DNA of 50,427 bases from Acidobacteriota bacterium (lineage in GTDB: Bacteria; Acidobacteriota; Thermoanaerobaculia; UBA5066; Gp7-AA6), in the NCBI GenBank assembly GCA_038327245.1, contig JBBQKV010000003.1, positions 1 through 50,427 on the forward strand, written 5' to 3'. The position numbers were made by a program, and so were the translations under genes. Positions within the stretch are counted from its first letter, which is position 1, and each line of letters opens with the position of its first letter. Below are positions 17,888 through 26,704 of the stretch, piece after piece. Below the pieces are notes generated by a model. That model saw only the letters and a list, made by a program, of their open reading frames with translations, did not search any database and was not told the DNA's origin.

Positions 17888-19306
17888 ATGTCCCCCAAAT
17901 CGACCGCCGTCTTCGCCTGCCAGTCCTGCGGGACCTCCTCGCCCAAGTGGCTCGGCCGCTGTCCGGAGTGCGGGGAGTGGAACTCTTTCGTCGAGGAAGT
18001 CCGGGCGTCTTCGCCGCCGTCGCTGCGGGCCCCGGGCGGGACGGCGCGTCCGCTCTCCGAGGTCGCGGCGCGACCCGACTCCCGGCTCACGACCGGTCTT
18101 CCGGGCCTCGACCGGGTCCTGGGCGGCGGCCTCGTGTCGGGCTCGGTCGTCCTTCTCGGAGGCGAGCCGGGGATCGGGAAGTCGACGCTTCTCCTCCAGG
18201 CTTCCCGCGGAATCGCTGAGACCTCGCGGGAGGTCCTTTATGCCACGGGAGAGGAGTCGGCGGAGCAGGTCCGGCTTCGCGCGGACCGCCTCGGGGTCTC
18301 GACGGAAATGCTCCTCGTGCTGGCGGAGACCGACGTCGATCGGGTCGTGGCGGAAGCGAAGGGCCGGAAGCCGGCCGTCCTGGTCGTGGACTCGATCCAG
18401 GCGGTGCGCCAGGGCTCGCTCGCATCCGCCCCGGGCACGGTGTCGCAGGTGCGCGAGTGTGCCGCGGCTCTGGCCGCGTACGCAAAGGACCACGACGTGC
18501 CGGTCCTCCTCGTCGGTCACGTCACCAAGGACGGGAGCCTCGCCGGCCCCAAGTCCCTCGAGCACCTCGTCGACGCCGTGGTCTCGGTAGACGGGGAGCG
18601 CGGCTCCTCACGGCGGATCCTCCGCGCCGTCAAGAACCGATTTGGTCCGGTCGACGAGATCGCGCTCTACGAGATGACTGCCGCGGGGCTCGAGGAGATC
18701 GCGAACGCTTCGGCGGCGCTCCTGTCGGAACGTCGGGCGAACGTGCCGGGGAGCGCCGTCACGGCGACGCGCGAGGGGACCCGCTCGCTCCTGATCGAGG
18801 TCCAGGCGCTCGTTGGCGGACTCATTGCGGGCTCGCCCCGGCGCGTGGCGATCGGAGTCGACTCCGGACGGCTCGCCTTGCTCCTCGCGGTGCTCGAGCG
18901 CGCGGGAGTGCCGCTCTCCGGCCGCGAGGTCTTCGTTTCGTGCGCGGGGGGCCTGGAGGTGACCGAACCCGCCGCGGACCTCGCGATCGTGGCCGCCCTC
19001 GTTTCGTCGGCCCGGGGCGAGCCCCTTCCCGCCTCTTCCGTCTTTTTCGGGGAGATCGGTCTCCTGGGCGAGGTTCGGAGAGTGTCCGCCGCCCCTTCCC
19101 GGATCCGCGAGGCCGCGGCGCTCGGCTTCGAGAAGGTCTATCTGCCCGCGGGCAACGCGGTCGAAGCGCCGGGCGTTGCCAGCGTCGAGATCCATCCGAT
19201 CGAGCGCGTCGCCGAGCTGGTGCGCGCGTTCGCCAACAGCGGCTCGAACGGCTCGGCGCGCACGGCGAGTCGGAGCGGCGCGGGTCCCGCCGAATCGGGC
19301 GGGTAA
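17888..19306 (+). CDS. radA: DNA repair protein RadA/Sms
   Basis: C4 zinc finger, GGEPGIGKSTLLLQ, KNRFG, Lon-like C-terminal domain GEIGLLGEVR. Confidence 0.97.
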   Translation: MSPKSTAVFACQSCGTSSPKWLGRCPECGEWNSFVEEVRASSPPSLRAPGGTARPLSEVAARPDSRLTTGLPGLDRVLGGGLVSGSVVLLGGEPGIGKSTLLLQASRGIAETSREVLYATGEESAEQVRLRADRLGVSTEMLLVLAETDVDRVVAEAKGRKPAVLVVDSIQAVRQGSLASAPGTVSQVRECAAALAAYAKDHDVPVLLVGHVTKDGSLAGPKSLEHLVDAVVSVDGERGSSRRILRAVKNRFGPVDEIALYEMTAAGLEEIANASAALLSERRANVPGSAVTATREGTRSLLIEVQALVGGLIAGSPRRVAIGVDSGRLALLLAVLERAGVPLSGREVFVSCAGGLEVTEPAADLAIVAALVSSARGEPLPASSVFFGEIGLLGEVRRVSAAPSRIREAAALGFEKVYLPAGNAVEAPGVASVEIHPIERVAELVRAFANSGSNGSARTASRSGAGPAESGG

Positions 19307-19818
19307 GCGGAGAGCAGGGTCAGCGAAGGCTCCTCGGTGGGACGGATCGAGACGTCCTCGATCCGGAGGATCCGTCGCTCGACGACCTGATAGCGCCGCA
19401 GGCCGAAGGGAGTCGTGAGCTCCAGGACGTCCCCGGGCTGCAGGGCCGACGCGAAAGGGGTCCCGACGTCGCGCGCCACCGCAATGACGCAGTTCTTGCC
19501 GTGGCTCTCGTCACCGGGCAGCGCGGTTCCGGGCACATGTGCCGGTCCGAAGGAGAGCGTGTCCGCATCCACCCCTTCGCGCACCGCCGCCTCGAAACCG
19601 AGACGGGGAATCGAGAGGCGGGCGACCGTGTCTCCGGGGCTGAGCCGGCCGAGCGCCGGCGATCCGGCGGGTCTCGCCTCGGCCTGACCGGGGTGGATCG
19701 ATTCCACCGCGCCGGCCACGGCGAAGAGTGCTCCGGCCCCCAGGATCGTGCCGGCGACCGTCACGGCCCGCCGCAGGAAACGAGTGATCAGGAACGGTCC
19801 GCGCGAGAGCAGTCTCAT
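19138..19818 (-). CDS. Class D-like sortase homologue lacking catalytic His and Cys
   Basis: ARLSIPRLG...VREGVDADTLSFGPAHVPGTALPG...NCVIAVARD...LQPGD...YQV...LTLLSAYP...RLAVRA follows the class D sortase pattern; hydrophobic N-terminus. Exact start uncertain. Confidence 0.85.
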   Translation of the reverse strand: MRLLSRGPFLITRFLRRAVTVAGTILGAGALFAVAGAVESIHPGQAEARPAGSPALGRLSPGDTVARLSIPRLGFEAAVREGVDADTLSFGPAHVPGTALPGDESHGKNCVIAVARDVGTPFASALQPGDVLELTTPFGLRRYQVVERRILRIEDVSIRPTEEPSLTLLSAYPPDSAGPAPLRLAVRAEPFEPLLANARTSSATRSIGWISTLATPGASTALPAGR

Positions 19819-19821
19819 ATC

Positions 19822-19863
19822 AAAAGAAAAACGCCCGGCCCGCCGGCGTGGCGGGACCGGGCG
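19822..19863 (-). terminator. Intrinsic terminator between the LPXTG gene and the sortase-like gene
   Basis: CGCCCGG-CCCGCC / GGCGGG-A-CCGGGCG stem followed on the minus strand by TTTTTCTTTT. Confidence 0.85.
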
Positions 19864-19875
19864 AGCGGGAAGACC

Positions 19876-20526
19876 TTACCGGCCCTTGCGGGCGAGAGCG
19901 AGGCCCGCGATCGCGAGGGCAAGACCCGCTGCGGCAACCCGGGGATAGGCCGAGCCGGTCTTCGGAAGAGTCGTGTGCTCCATCTCCATGGCCGGAGCGG
20001 GCGGCGGCGGCGGTGCCTCGACGGCAACCGGAGCCGGGGCCGGCGGCGGCGGGGGCGGCGCGGCCGCATAGGTGGTCGGCGCGGGCGCGATCTCGGCCGC
20101 GACGACCGGGGCGACCGTGATGTTGACCTGCTTGCGGTCGATGACTTCGCCGCTGACGTTCTTGGCCATCACGACGACCTTGTGGGAACCGGCCGGAACG
20201 TTGTCGATGAAGACCACGTTGCTCTCGGATCCCTTGACCGTCTGCTTCAGGTCGTTGTCGAGGAACACGTCGAACGTCGGCTGCGGAAAGTCCTTCTCGC
20301 CGAACTTCGTGCCCTTGCCCTCGCCGAAGTTGCTGGTGTTGTAGGCGATCCCGACGCGGATCTGCGTGCCGGTGATCGTGGCGCCCTCGGCGGGCTCGGT
20401 CAGTTTGAGCTGGAGCGTGTTCGCGGTCGGCCCACCCGTGTTGTATTGCGCGTTCTGCGCCAAAGCGACGCCGGCGAAGGTGCCAACGGCGAGAATGAGG
20501 ATTGCGATTCTGATCGGCTTCGGCAT
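19876..20526 (-). CDS. Secreted Ig-like protein with Pro/Ala linker and C-terminal LPXTG sorting signal
   Basis: Signal peptide ending VALA-Q; beta-sandwich-like core; LPKTG (19954-19968), hydrophobic helix, RKGR tail; SD AAGGAGGG. Confidence 0.88.
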   Translation of the reverse strand: MPKPIRIAILILAVGTFAGVALAQNAQYNTGGPTANTLQLKLTEPAEGATITGTQIRVGIAYNTSNFGEGKGTKFGEKDFPQPTFDVFLDNDLKQTVKGSESNVVFIDNVPAGSHKVVVMAKNVSGEVIDRKQVNITVAPVVAAEIAPAPTTYAAAPPPPPPAPAPVAVEAPPPPPAPAMEMEHTTLPKTGSAYPRVAAAGLALAIAGLALARKGR

Positions 20527-20574
20527 ATTTCCCTCCTTGTCGAGCCCCAGAGGCAGGGCATCACGGGGTGTACC

Positions 20575-20590
20575 ATCAAGGGCCGTGCCA
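20575..20590 (-). promoter_or_regulatory. Sigma54-like -24/-12 promoter of the LPXTG gene
   Basis: Minus strand reads TGGCACG-GCCC-TTGAT against consensus TGGCACG-N4-TTGC[A/T]. Confidence 0.55.
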
Positions 20591-20634
20591 AGAGGGGACG
20601 GATTCCGGGTTCGGGAGGACGGCCGGAGGGCCCG

Positions 20635-21537
20635 TCAGGCCGAAAGGTAGGCCGGGAGAGTCTCTGTCAGGGACTTGTAGGCCTCGAGATATTTCTCCCG
20701 GGTCGTACGGACCACGCCCTCCGGGAGCCGCGGAGCCGGGGGGCGGTGGTCCCAGCCGGTCGAATCCAGCCAGTCCCGGACGAACTGCTTGTCGAAGGAG
20801 ACCGGCGTGCGGCCCGGCGTCCAGGCGCGAGCGTCCCAGTAGCGGGAGGAGTCCGGCGTGAAGGCCTCGTCGATCCAGAGCAGGCGGCCGTCGAGACGCC
20901 CGAACTCGAGCTTCGTGTCGGCGAGCAGCAGGCCGCGCGATTCGGCGAACTGGCGCGCCCGCTCGTACAGGGCGAGAGTCGTGTCCCGGAGGCTCGCGGC
21001 GTCGGCGTCGCCGATCTCGTCGGCCATGCGGGAAAACGGAATGTTCTCGTCATGTCCCCGCTCGCTCTTGGTGGCCGGCGTGAAGATCGGCTCGGGCAGC
21101 CGGTCCGCCTCGACGAGTCCCGGCGGCAGGTGGACCCCGCATATCGCCCCGGTCTTCCGGTACTCCGCCCACCCGGATCCCGCCAGATAGCCGCGCGCGA
21201 CGCATTCGAACGGAATCACCTCGGCCTTGCGCACCACGACCGACCGGCCCTCCAGGAGCGGCGCGTCGGCCTCGAGCGACTCCGGGAACTTCGACACGTC
21301 CGTTTCGATCAGGTGGTTCTCCACGTCCGAGAACTTCTGGAACCAGAAGTTCGAGAGCTGCGTGAGGACCTTCCCCTTGTCGGGCACGCCCGGGGAGAGC
21401 ACGCAGTCATAGGCCGAGATGCGGTCGCTGGCGACGAGGAGCAGGGAGTCGCCCAGGTCGTAGAGCTCCCGGACCTTGCCGCGGCGCAATAGCCGCGCGC
21501 CGGACAGGTGTGTCTCGACGATCGCCGCGGGCGACAT
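20635..21537 (-). CDS. purC: SAICAR synthetase
   Basis: RGKVRELY, SDRISAYD, ECVARGYLAGSGW, DTKLEFG, DEAFTPDSSRYW, DKQFVRDWL. Confidence 0.97.
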   Translation of the reverse strand: MSPAAIVETHLSGARLLRRGKVRELYDLGDSLLLVASDRISAYDCVLSPGVPDKGKVLTQLSNFWFQKFSDVENHLIETDVSKFPESLEADAPLLEGRSVVVRKAEVIPFECVARGYLAGSGWAEYRKTGAICGVHLPPGLVEADRLPEPIFTPATKSERGHDENIPFSRMADEIGDADAASLRDTTLALYERARQFAESRGLLLADTKLEFGRLDGRLLWIDEAFTPDSSRYWDARAWTPGRTPVSFDKQFVRDWLDSTGWDHRPPAPRLPEGVVRTTREKYLEAYKSLTETLPAYLSA

Positions 21538-21619
21538 GGCCCGGGAGACTAGCACAGCCTCCGGCGGCGGGCGTGCGACTGCGCCGGGGGCGGTGCCCGC
21601 TCTGCTATCTTGTCTTTCG

Positions 21620-23137
21620 GTGCGCCTTCAGATCGCAAAATCGGTCCCGCGCGGCGCTTCGCTCTGGCGCGTCGCGTTCCTGCACGAGGGGGGCGATCCG
21701 GGCCGCGGAGTCCCCGGACCCCTCGCGGACTCGATCCGGGACGCGGCGCGTCGCTCTGGCTTCCGCGGCAAGGATCGCGAGACGGCCGCGACCGCCGGCC
21801 GGGACGGCGCGTGGCTGCTCGTGGGGCTCGGCCGCGCGCCGTCGTCTCTCGCCCGGCTGCGTCGGGCGCTGCGCCGCGCGCTGGGGGAAAGCTCCTCGCG
21901 CTCCCGCTCCCGCCTGCTCCTGGTCTTCGGCGCCGGAACGTCGGAGGCGACGTTGCGAGCGATGCTCCCGCACCTGGCGCTCGCGGATTACGCGTTCGAT
22001 CGGTACAAGTCGGCTCCGAAGAAAGGCAGAACCGGCGGGGAAACGACCGCGGTCGTCGTCACCCCCGAAAACGTGGACTCCGCCTCGCTCGCGGCGGCGG
22101 CCCGGGAGGCAACCGTGGTGGCCGAGGCGGTCTCGTGGGCGCGGGACCTCGGAAACACTCCCGGAAACGACCTCGGCCCGGCCGAGCTGGCGCGCGCGGC
22201 CCTCGAAGCCGGCCGGCGCGACGGCCTGAAGGTGCGCGTTCTCGGCCGGCGCCAGATCGAGGCCGAGAAGATGGCGGGATTGCTCGCGGTCAACGCCGGG
22301 AGCGTGCGGCCTCCGGCGTTCGTGATCGCGGAGTACCGTCCGGCGGCTTCCCGCGGAACCGCCGTGCTCGTCGGAAAGGGGATCACGTTCGACTCGGGCG
22401 GAATCTCGATCAAGCCCTCCGCGTCGATGGGCGAGATGAAGTACGACATGATGGGAGCCGCGACCGTGCTCGCCTGCGTTCGCGCCGCGAAGGCGCTGAA
22501 GCTGCCGGTGCGCGTGGTCGCTCTCACCCCCACGACCGAGAACCTCCCGAGCGGCTCGGCGACCCGGCCGGGCGACATCCTCCGGTTCCGCAACGGCAAG
22601 ACGGTGGAGGTGGATAACACGGATGCGGAGGGGCGGCTCGTTCTCGCAGATGCGCTCACATACGCCGAGAGGTTCCGCGCCGACGTCATCCTCGACTTCG
22701 CGACGCTGACCGGCGCGGTGCTGATCGCCCTGGGCCACGAGTGCGCCGCCCTCTTCACCGCCGACGAGGCGCTCGCTGCGGAGCTTCTCGCGGCGGGAGA
22801 CGTCACGGGAGAGCGCCTCTGGCGGCTCCCGCTCTGGGACGACTACCGGGAGAACCTGCGCTCCGAGTGGGCGGACATGAAGAACACGGGAGGCCGCCAG
22901 GGCGGCACGATCAACGCCGCCGTCTTCCTGAAGGAGTTCGCGCCCGAAGGCGTGCCCTGGGCGCACCTCGACGTGGCGGGAGTCGCGCACTTCGAGAAAG
23001 AGCACGCCGGGTACGCGGCCGGCGCGACCGGCTTCGGCGTGGCGCTGACGATGGAGTTCCTGAAGAGTCGGTTCGGGCGCGCTGGCGTCGGCGGGAAACG
23101 GCGGGCGAAGTCGCGCCCCCGCGCGCCCCGGCGATAG
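21620..23137 (+). CDS. pepA: Leucyl aminopeptidase (M17)
   Basis: VGKGITFDSGG, MKYDMMG, NTDAEGRL, ATLTGA, WAHLD. Start GTG 21620 inferred from an upstream -10-like box. Confidence 0.95.
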   Translation: MRLQIAKSVPRGASLWRVAFLHEGGDPGRGVPGPLADSIRDAARRSGFRGKDRETAATAGRDGAWLLVGLGRAPSSLARLRRALRRALGESSSRSRSRLLLVFGAGTSEATLRAMLPHLALADYAFDRYKSAPKKGRTGGETTAVVVTPENVDSASLAAAAREATVVAEAVSWARDLGNTPGNDLGPAELARAALEAGRRDGLKVRVLGRRQIEAEKMAGLLAVNAGSVRPPAFVIAEYRPAASRGTAVLVGKGITFDSGGISIKPSASMGEMKYDMMGAATVLACVRAAKALKLPVRVVALTPTTENLPSGSATRPGDILRFRNGKTVEVDNTDAEGRLVLADALTYAERFRADVILDFATLTGAVLIALGHECAALFTADEALAAELLAAGDVTGERLWRLPLWDDYRENLRSEWADMKNTGGRQGGTINAAVFLKEFAPEGVPWAHLDVAGVAHFEKEHAGYAAGATGFGVALTMEFLKSRFGRAGVGGKRRAKSRPRAPRR

Positions 23138-23151
23138 GATCCCCGCGAAAC

Positions 23152-23943
23152 ATGCCCCTCCGCAGGTTCTCGATCGGCCCCGCCGGCGAAGAGGTCTATC
23201 CCCGGTTCGTCGCCGAGCTCGCGGAGAAGTTCGACGACCGCGCTCTCGACCGCAACGTGGTGGCCCGGGAGGCGCTGACGGAGCTCTACCTCGGCCGCAC
23301 CGTCTCCTGGGACGAGGCGGTCGCGGACCCCGCTTCGCCGCTCGGGGTCCGGACGATGCTCGCCTCGTTCGATCCCCGGAACGCAACCCTCGAGGCGGAG
23401 TACTACCGGGAGATCGACCTCGAGAAGTGGGCGCGGGTCAAACCCCTGCTCTGGTTCTGGCAGATGTTCGACCACTCTCCGGTGGGGCGGAACGTCCGGC
23501 TGGGAACGCAGGTCCGGGCCATGCTCTCGCCGCGGGTCTTCCGGCGGTGCGGGCGGGACATCCGGATCTTCCACGGCGTCGAGTTCTCGTTCGGGTACAA
23601 CCTCTCCGTGGGCGACGGCGTCACGATCCACCGGAACGTCCTCATCGACGACCGCGGCGAGGTCGTCATCGGCAACGAGGTCTCCATTTCTGACTACGCA
23701 AACATCTACTCGCACGGGCACGCCATCGAGGACATCCACGACGTCTCTCTCGGGCGGACCGTCATCGGCGACCGGGCGCGACTCACCTATCACGCAGTCG
23801 TCCTCTCCGGGGTGGAGATCGGCGCGGACGCGCTGGTCGGTTCGATGGGGGTGGCTTCCAAGCCGGTCGGTCCGGGCGTGATCGCGGCCGGGATCCCGGC
23901 GAAGCCGATCGGTCAGAAGAAGGTCCTGAGCCCTAAGTCTTAG
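23152..23943 (+). CDS. Hexapeptide-repeat (left-handed beta-helix) acyltransferase with N-terminal helical extension
   Basis: LSVGDGVTIH, VVIGNEVSI, TVIGDRA, VEIGADALVG, AGIPAK. Confidence 0.88.
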   Translation: MPLRRFSIGPAGEEVYPRFVAELAEKFDDRALDRNVVAREALTELYLGRTVSWDEAVADPASPLGVRTMLASFDPRNATLEAEYYREIDLEKWARVKPLLWFWQMFDHSPVGRNVRLGTQVRAMLSPRVFRRCGRDIRIFHGVEFSFGYNLSVGDGVTIHRNVLIDDRGEVVIGNEVSISDYANIYSHGHAIEDIHDVSLGRTVIGDRARLTYHAVVLSGVEIGADALVGSMGVASKPVGPGVIAAGIPAKPIGQKKVLSPKS

Positions 23944-23992
23944 GTCCCAGGCCGTTAACTTCCGGGCCACTTCCGACTGCGCACTTGGGACT
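23922..23992. repeat. Degenerate inverted heptamer arrays (AGTCCYR-like)
   Basis: GGTCCTG AGCCCTA AGTCTTA GGTCCCA at 23922-23949; GGCCACT TCCGACT GCGCACT TGGGACT at 23965-23992. Confidence 0.6.
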
Positions 23993-24004
23993 ATTCTTCG
24001 GGGC

Positions 24005-25675
24005 GTGCTCCGCCGTTTGACGGTCCGGAACCTCGCGATCGTCGAGGACCTCGAGCTCGACCTCGGTCCGGGTCTGACCGTTCTGACCGGCGAGACGGGA
24101 GCGGGGAAGTCGATCCTGGTGGACGCGCTTGCCCTGCTCGCGGGGGGCCGCGGCTCCGCCGACCTCGTCCGGCAGGGCAGCGACCGCCTCGTCGTCGCGG
24201 GCGAGTTCGAGTCGGACCGGCCGGTGCGCGACATCCTGGAGGAGGCGGGGCTGCCGTCCGACGACGTTCTCCTGGTGCGGCGCGAGCTTTCCGCCGACGG
24301 ACGCGGCCGCGCTTTCATCGACGACCAGCCCGCCGCGGTGCGAACGCTCGCGCGGATCGGCGAAAGGCTGGTTTCGATCCAGGGACAGAACTCGGAGCGC
24401 GAGCTCGTCGACGCCGACGCGCCCCTGGAGCTCCTCGACGCGTTCGCGGGCGCCGGCGGCGAACGGGACGCCGTGGCAGCCGCCGCGGCCGCATGGGCCG
24501 AAGCGCGGGAAGCCCGGGAAAAGCTGGAGGCATCGCGGCGCGACCGCTCCGCGCGACTCGAGACGATCGCCTTCCAGATCGGCGAAATCGAGGCGGTCTC
24601 CCTGGACGATCGGGAAGAGGAGGATCTGACGATCGAGCGCGAGCGGCTCCTGCACGCGGACCGGATCCGGCTCGCCGGCGAGACGGCGCTGGCGGCTCTG
24701 TCGGAGGGGGAGGCATCGGCCGCCGACCGGCTGGGCGAAGCGGCGCGCGCGTTCGCGGATCTTGCGGCCATCGATCCCCGGGAAGCGATTCGCGTGGAGG
24801 AGCTCGAGGAAGTGAAGCGTCGCGTGTCCGACCTCGCCGCCGCCGCGCGCGACGCGGCCTCCGGCATCGAGTCGGATCCGGATCGTCTGACCGCGGTGGA
24901 ATCCCGACTGGAAAAGCTCTCGCGGGTGAAGCGCAAGTACGGACCGACCCTGGCCGAGGCGCGGTCGCTTCTCGAGAAGCTCTCGAGCGAGCGGGACGAT
25001 CTCGCCAACGTCGAGGACGCGCTCGAACGCCGGGAGCGCGCGGAGAACGCGGCGCGCGGGACGTACCGGAAGGCGGCCGCGGCGCTCACGCAGAAACGGG
25101 AGGGCGCGGCGCCGCGCTTTTCCGCCGCGGTCGAGAAGGCGCTCTCCGGCCTCGCGCTGGAGAAAGCGCGGTTTCGTCTCGCGCTCACCCCACAGGAAGA
25201 CGACGCCCCACGCCGCGCGGGGATGGAGCGCGCGGCCCTGATGTTTCAGCCGAACCCGGGAGAGGCGGAGCGTCCGATCGACCGGATCGCGTCGGGCGGA
25301 GAGCTCTCCCGTCTCCAGCTCGCGGTGCACTCCGTGGCGGCCGCGCGCGGCGGACGACGCCGGACGCTCATCTTCGACGAGGTCGACGCGGGGATCGGCG
25401 GCCGCGTCGCGGAGTCCGTGGGAAAGCGGCTTCGCGCTCTCGCGGAGCACGACCAGGTCCTCTGCGTCACGCACGTCCCGCAGATCGCGGCGCTGGCGGA
25501 CCGCCACTTTCTCGTCGAGAAGATGCAGTCGCGCGGCCGGACCACGGCGGCCATTCGGCTTTTGGACGACCGGGAACGAATTGCCGAGATCGCCCGAATG
25601 CTCGCGGGAGAGACGGTGCCCGAGACCGCGGTCCGTCACGCGCGCGAGCTGCTCGCGCAGGCGGCGCACCGGTGA
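24005..25675 (+). CDS. recN: DNA repair protein RecN
   Basis: LTGETGAGKSILVDAL, coiled coil, ASGGELSR, IFDEVDAGIGG, CVTHVPQIA. Confidence 0.97.
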   Translation: MLRRLTVRNLAIVEDLELDLGPGLTVLTGETGAGKSILVDALALLAGGRGSADLVRQGSDRLVVAGEFESDRPVRDILEEAGLPSDDVLLVRRELSADGRGRAFIDDQPAAVRTLARIGERLVSIQGQNSERELVDADAPLELLDAFAGAGGERDAVAAAAAAWAEAREAREKLEASRRDRSARLETIAFQIGEIEAVSLDDREEEDLTIERERLLHADRIRLAGETALAALSEGEASAADRLGEAARAFADLAAIDPREAIRVEELEEVKRRVSDLAAAARDAASGIESDPDRLTAVESRLEKLSRVKRKYGPTLAEARSLLEKLSSERDDLANVEDALERRERAENAARGTYRKAAAALTQKREGAAPRFSAAVEKALSGLALEKARFRLALTPQEDDAPRRAGMERAALMFQPNPGEAERPIDRIASGGELSRLQLAVHSVAAARGGRRRTLIFDEVDAGIGGRVAESVGKRLRALAEHDQVLCVTHVPQIAALADRHFLVEKMQSRGRTTAAIRLLDDRERIAEIARMLAGETVPETAVRHARELLAQAAHR

Positions 25676-26703
25676 GCGAAGACGGCGGCCGCCACTCGCG
25701 GTCGGTCCTCTTTCCGGGGATCGGTGCGGAGGGACAGCGGCGGATCGCCGATTCTTCCGTCGCGATCGTCGGGGTCGGCGCCGTGGGCGCGGCGGCGGCG
25801 GAGCTGGCGGCCCGGGCGGGCGTCGGCCGGCTGACCCTCGTCGACCGCGACGTCGTCGAGGAGTCGAACCTGTCCCGGCAGCTCCTCTTCGACGCGGAGG
25901 ATGCCGAGCGCGTCGCGCCCAAGGCCGGGGCGGCGGAGGCGCGCCTCCGGCAAATCGCGCCGGACGTGGATTCCCGCGGTGTGGTCGCGGACCTCGACTC
26001 GGCAAACGCGCGGGAGATCCTGGCCGGTCACGACCTCGTCCTCGACGGTTCGGACAACTTCGAGACCCGGCTCCTCGTCTCGGACGCCTCCCGCGCCCTC
26101 GGCCTCCCGTCGATCTACGCCGCGTGCGTCGGCGAAATTGGGCTCGTGGCCGTGTCCCTCCCGGGCACGACGCCCTGCCTCCGCTGCTACCTCGAGGGGT
26201 TGCCGCCGGCCGGTTCCGGCCCGACGTGCGACACCGCCGGGATCGTGCCGACCCTTCCCCCGATCGTCGCGGCGATCGCGGTCACGGAAGCCCTGCGGAT
26301 TGCGACCGGCGCCGCGCCCTCGCGGGGAGTTCTCTCTCTCACCGTCTGGGACGGCGGTTTCCGATCGAGCCGCTCGTTCGAGGCAGCCGCGCCCGGCGCG
26401 TCGTGCCCGGTCTGCTCCGGGGAACGGTTCCCGGCGCTCGAGGCGCAGGGCGCCGCGGAAGTCGTCAAGCTCTGCGGGCGTCGCTCCGTCCAGGTCGCGT
26501 CGTCGGGCCGGGAACGCCCCGACCTCGCGCTGCTGGAAGAACGCCTGGCGCGCGTGGGCCGCGTCCGGCGTTCTCCGGAGCTCCTGAATGCGGACGTCGA
26601 GGACGTCGCGCTGACGATCTTCTCCGACGGCCGCTGCGTCGTGCGGGGAACGGAGGACCCGGTCCGGGCGCGCCGTCTCTACGACCGTTACGTCGGTCGG
26701 TGA
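25672..26703 (+). CDS. ThiF/MoeB-family adenylyltransferase
   Basis: GVGAVG, DRDVVEESNLSRQ, DNFETR, CLRC, TCDTAG, CPVC, LCGR; GTG overlaps the recN stop. Confidence 0.92.
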   Translation: MSEDGGRHSRSVLFPGIGAEGQRRIADSSVAIVGVGAVGAAAAELAARAGVGRLTLVDRDVVEESNLSRQLLFDAEDAERVAPKAGAAEARLRQIAPDVDSRGVVADLDSANAREILAGHDLVLDGSDNFETRLLVSDASRALGLPSIYAACVGEIGLVAVSLPGTTPCLRCYLEGLPPAGSGPTCDTAGIVPTLPPIVAAIAVTEALRIATGAAPSRGVLSLTVWDGGFRSSRSFEAAAPGASCPVCSGERFPALEAQGAAEVVKLCGRRSVQVASSGRERPDLALLEERLARVGRVRRSPELLNADVEDVALTIFSDGRCVVRGTEDPVRARRLYDRYVGR

Positions 26704-26704
26704 C

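Noticed and set aside
18457-21492. 1011-aa ORF on the + strand
   Set aside because: Arg/Gly-rich shadow frame overlapping radA and antisense to the sortase-like, LPXTG and purC genes; no motifs; expected in high-GC DNA.
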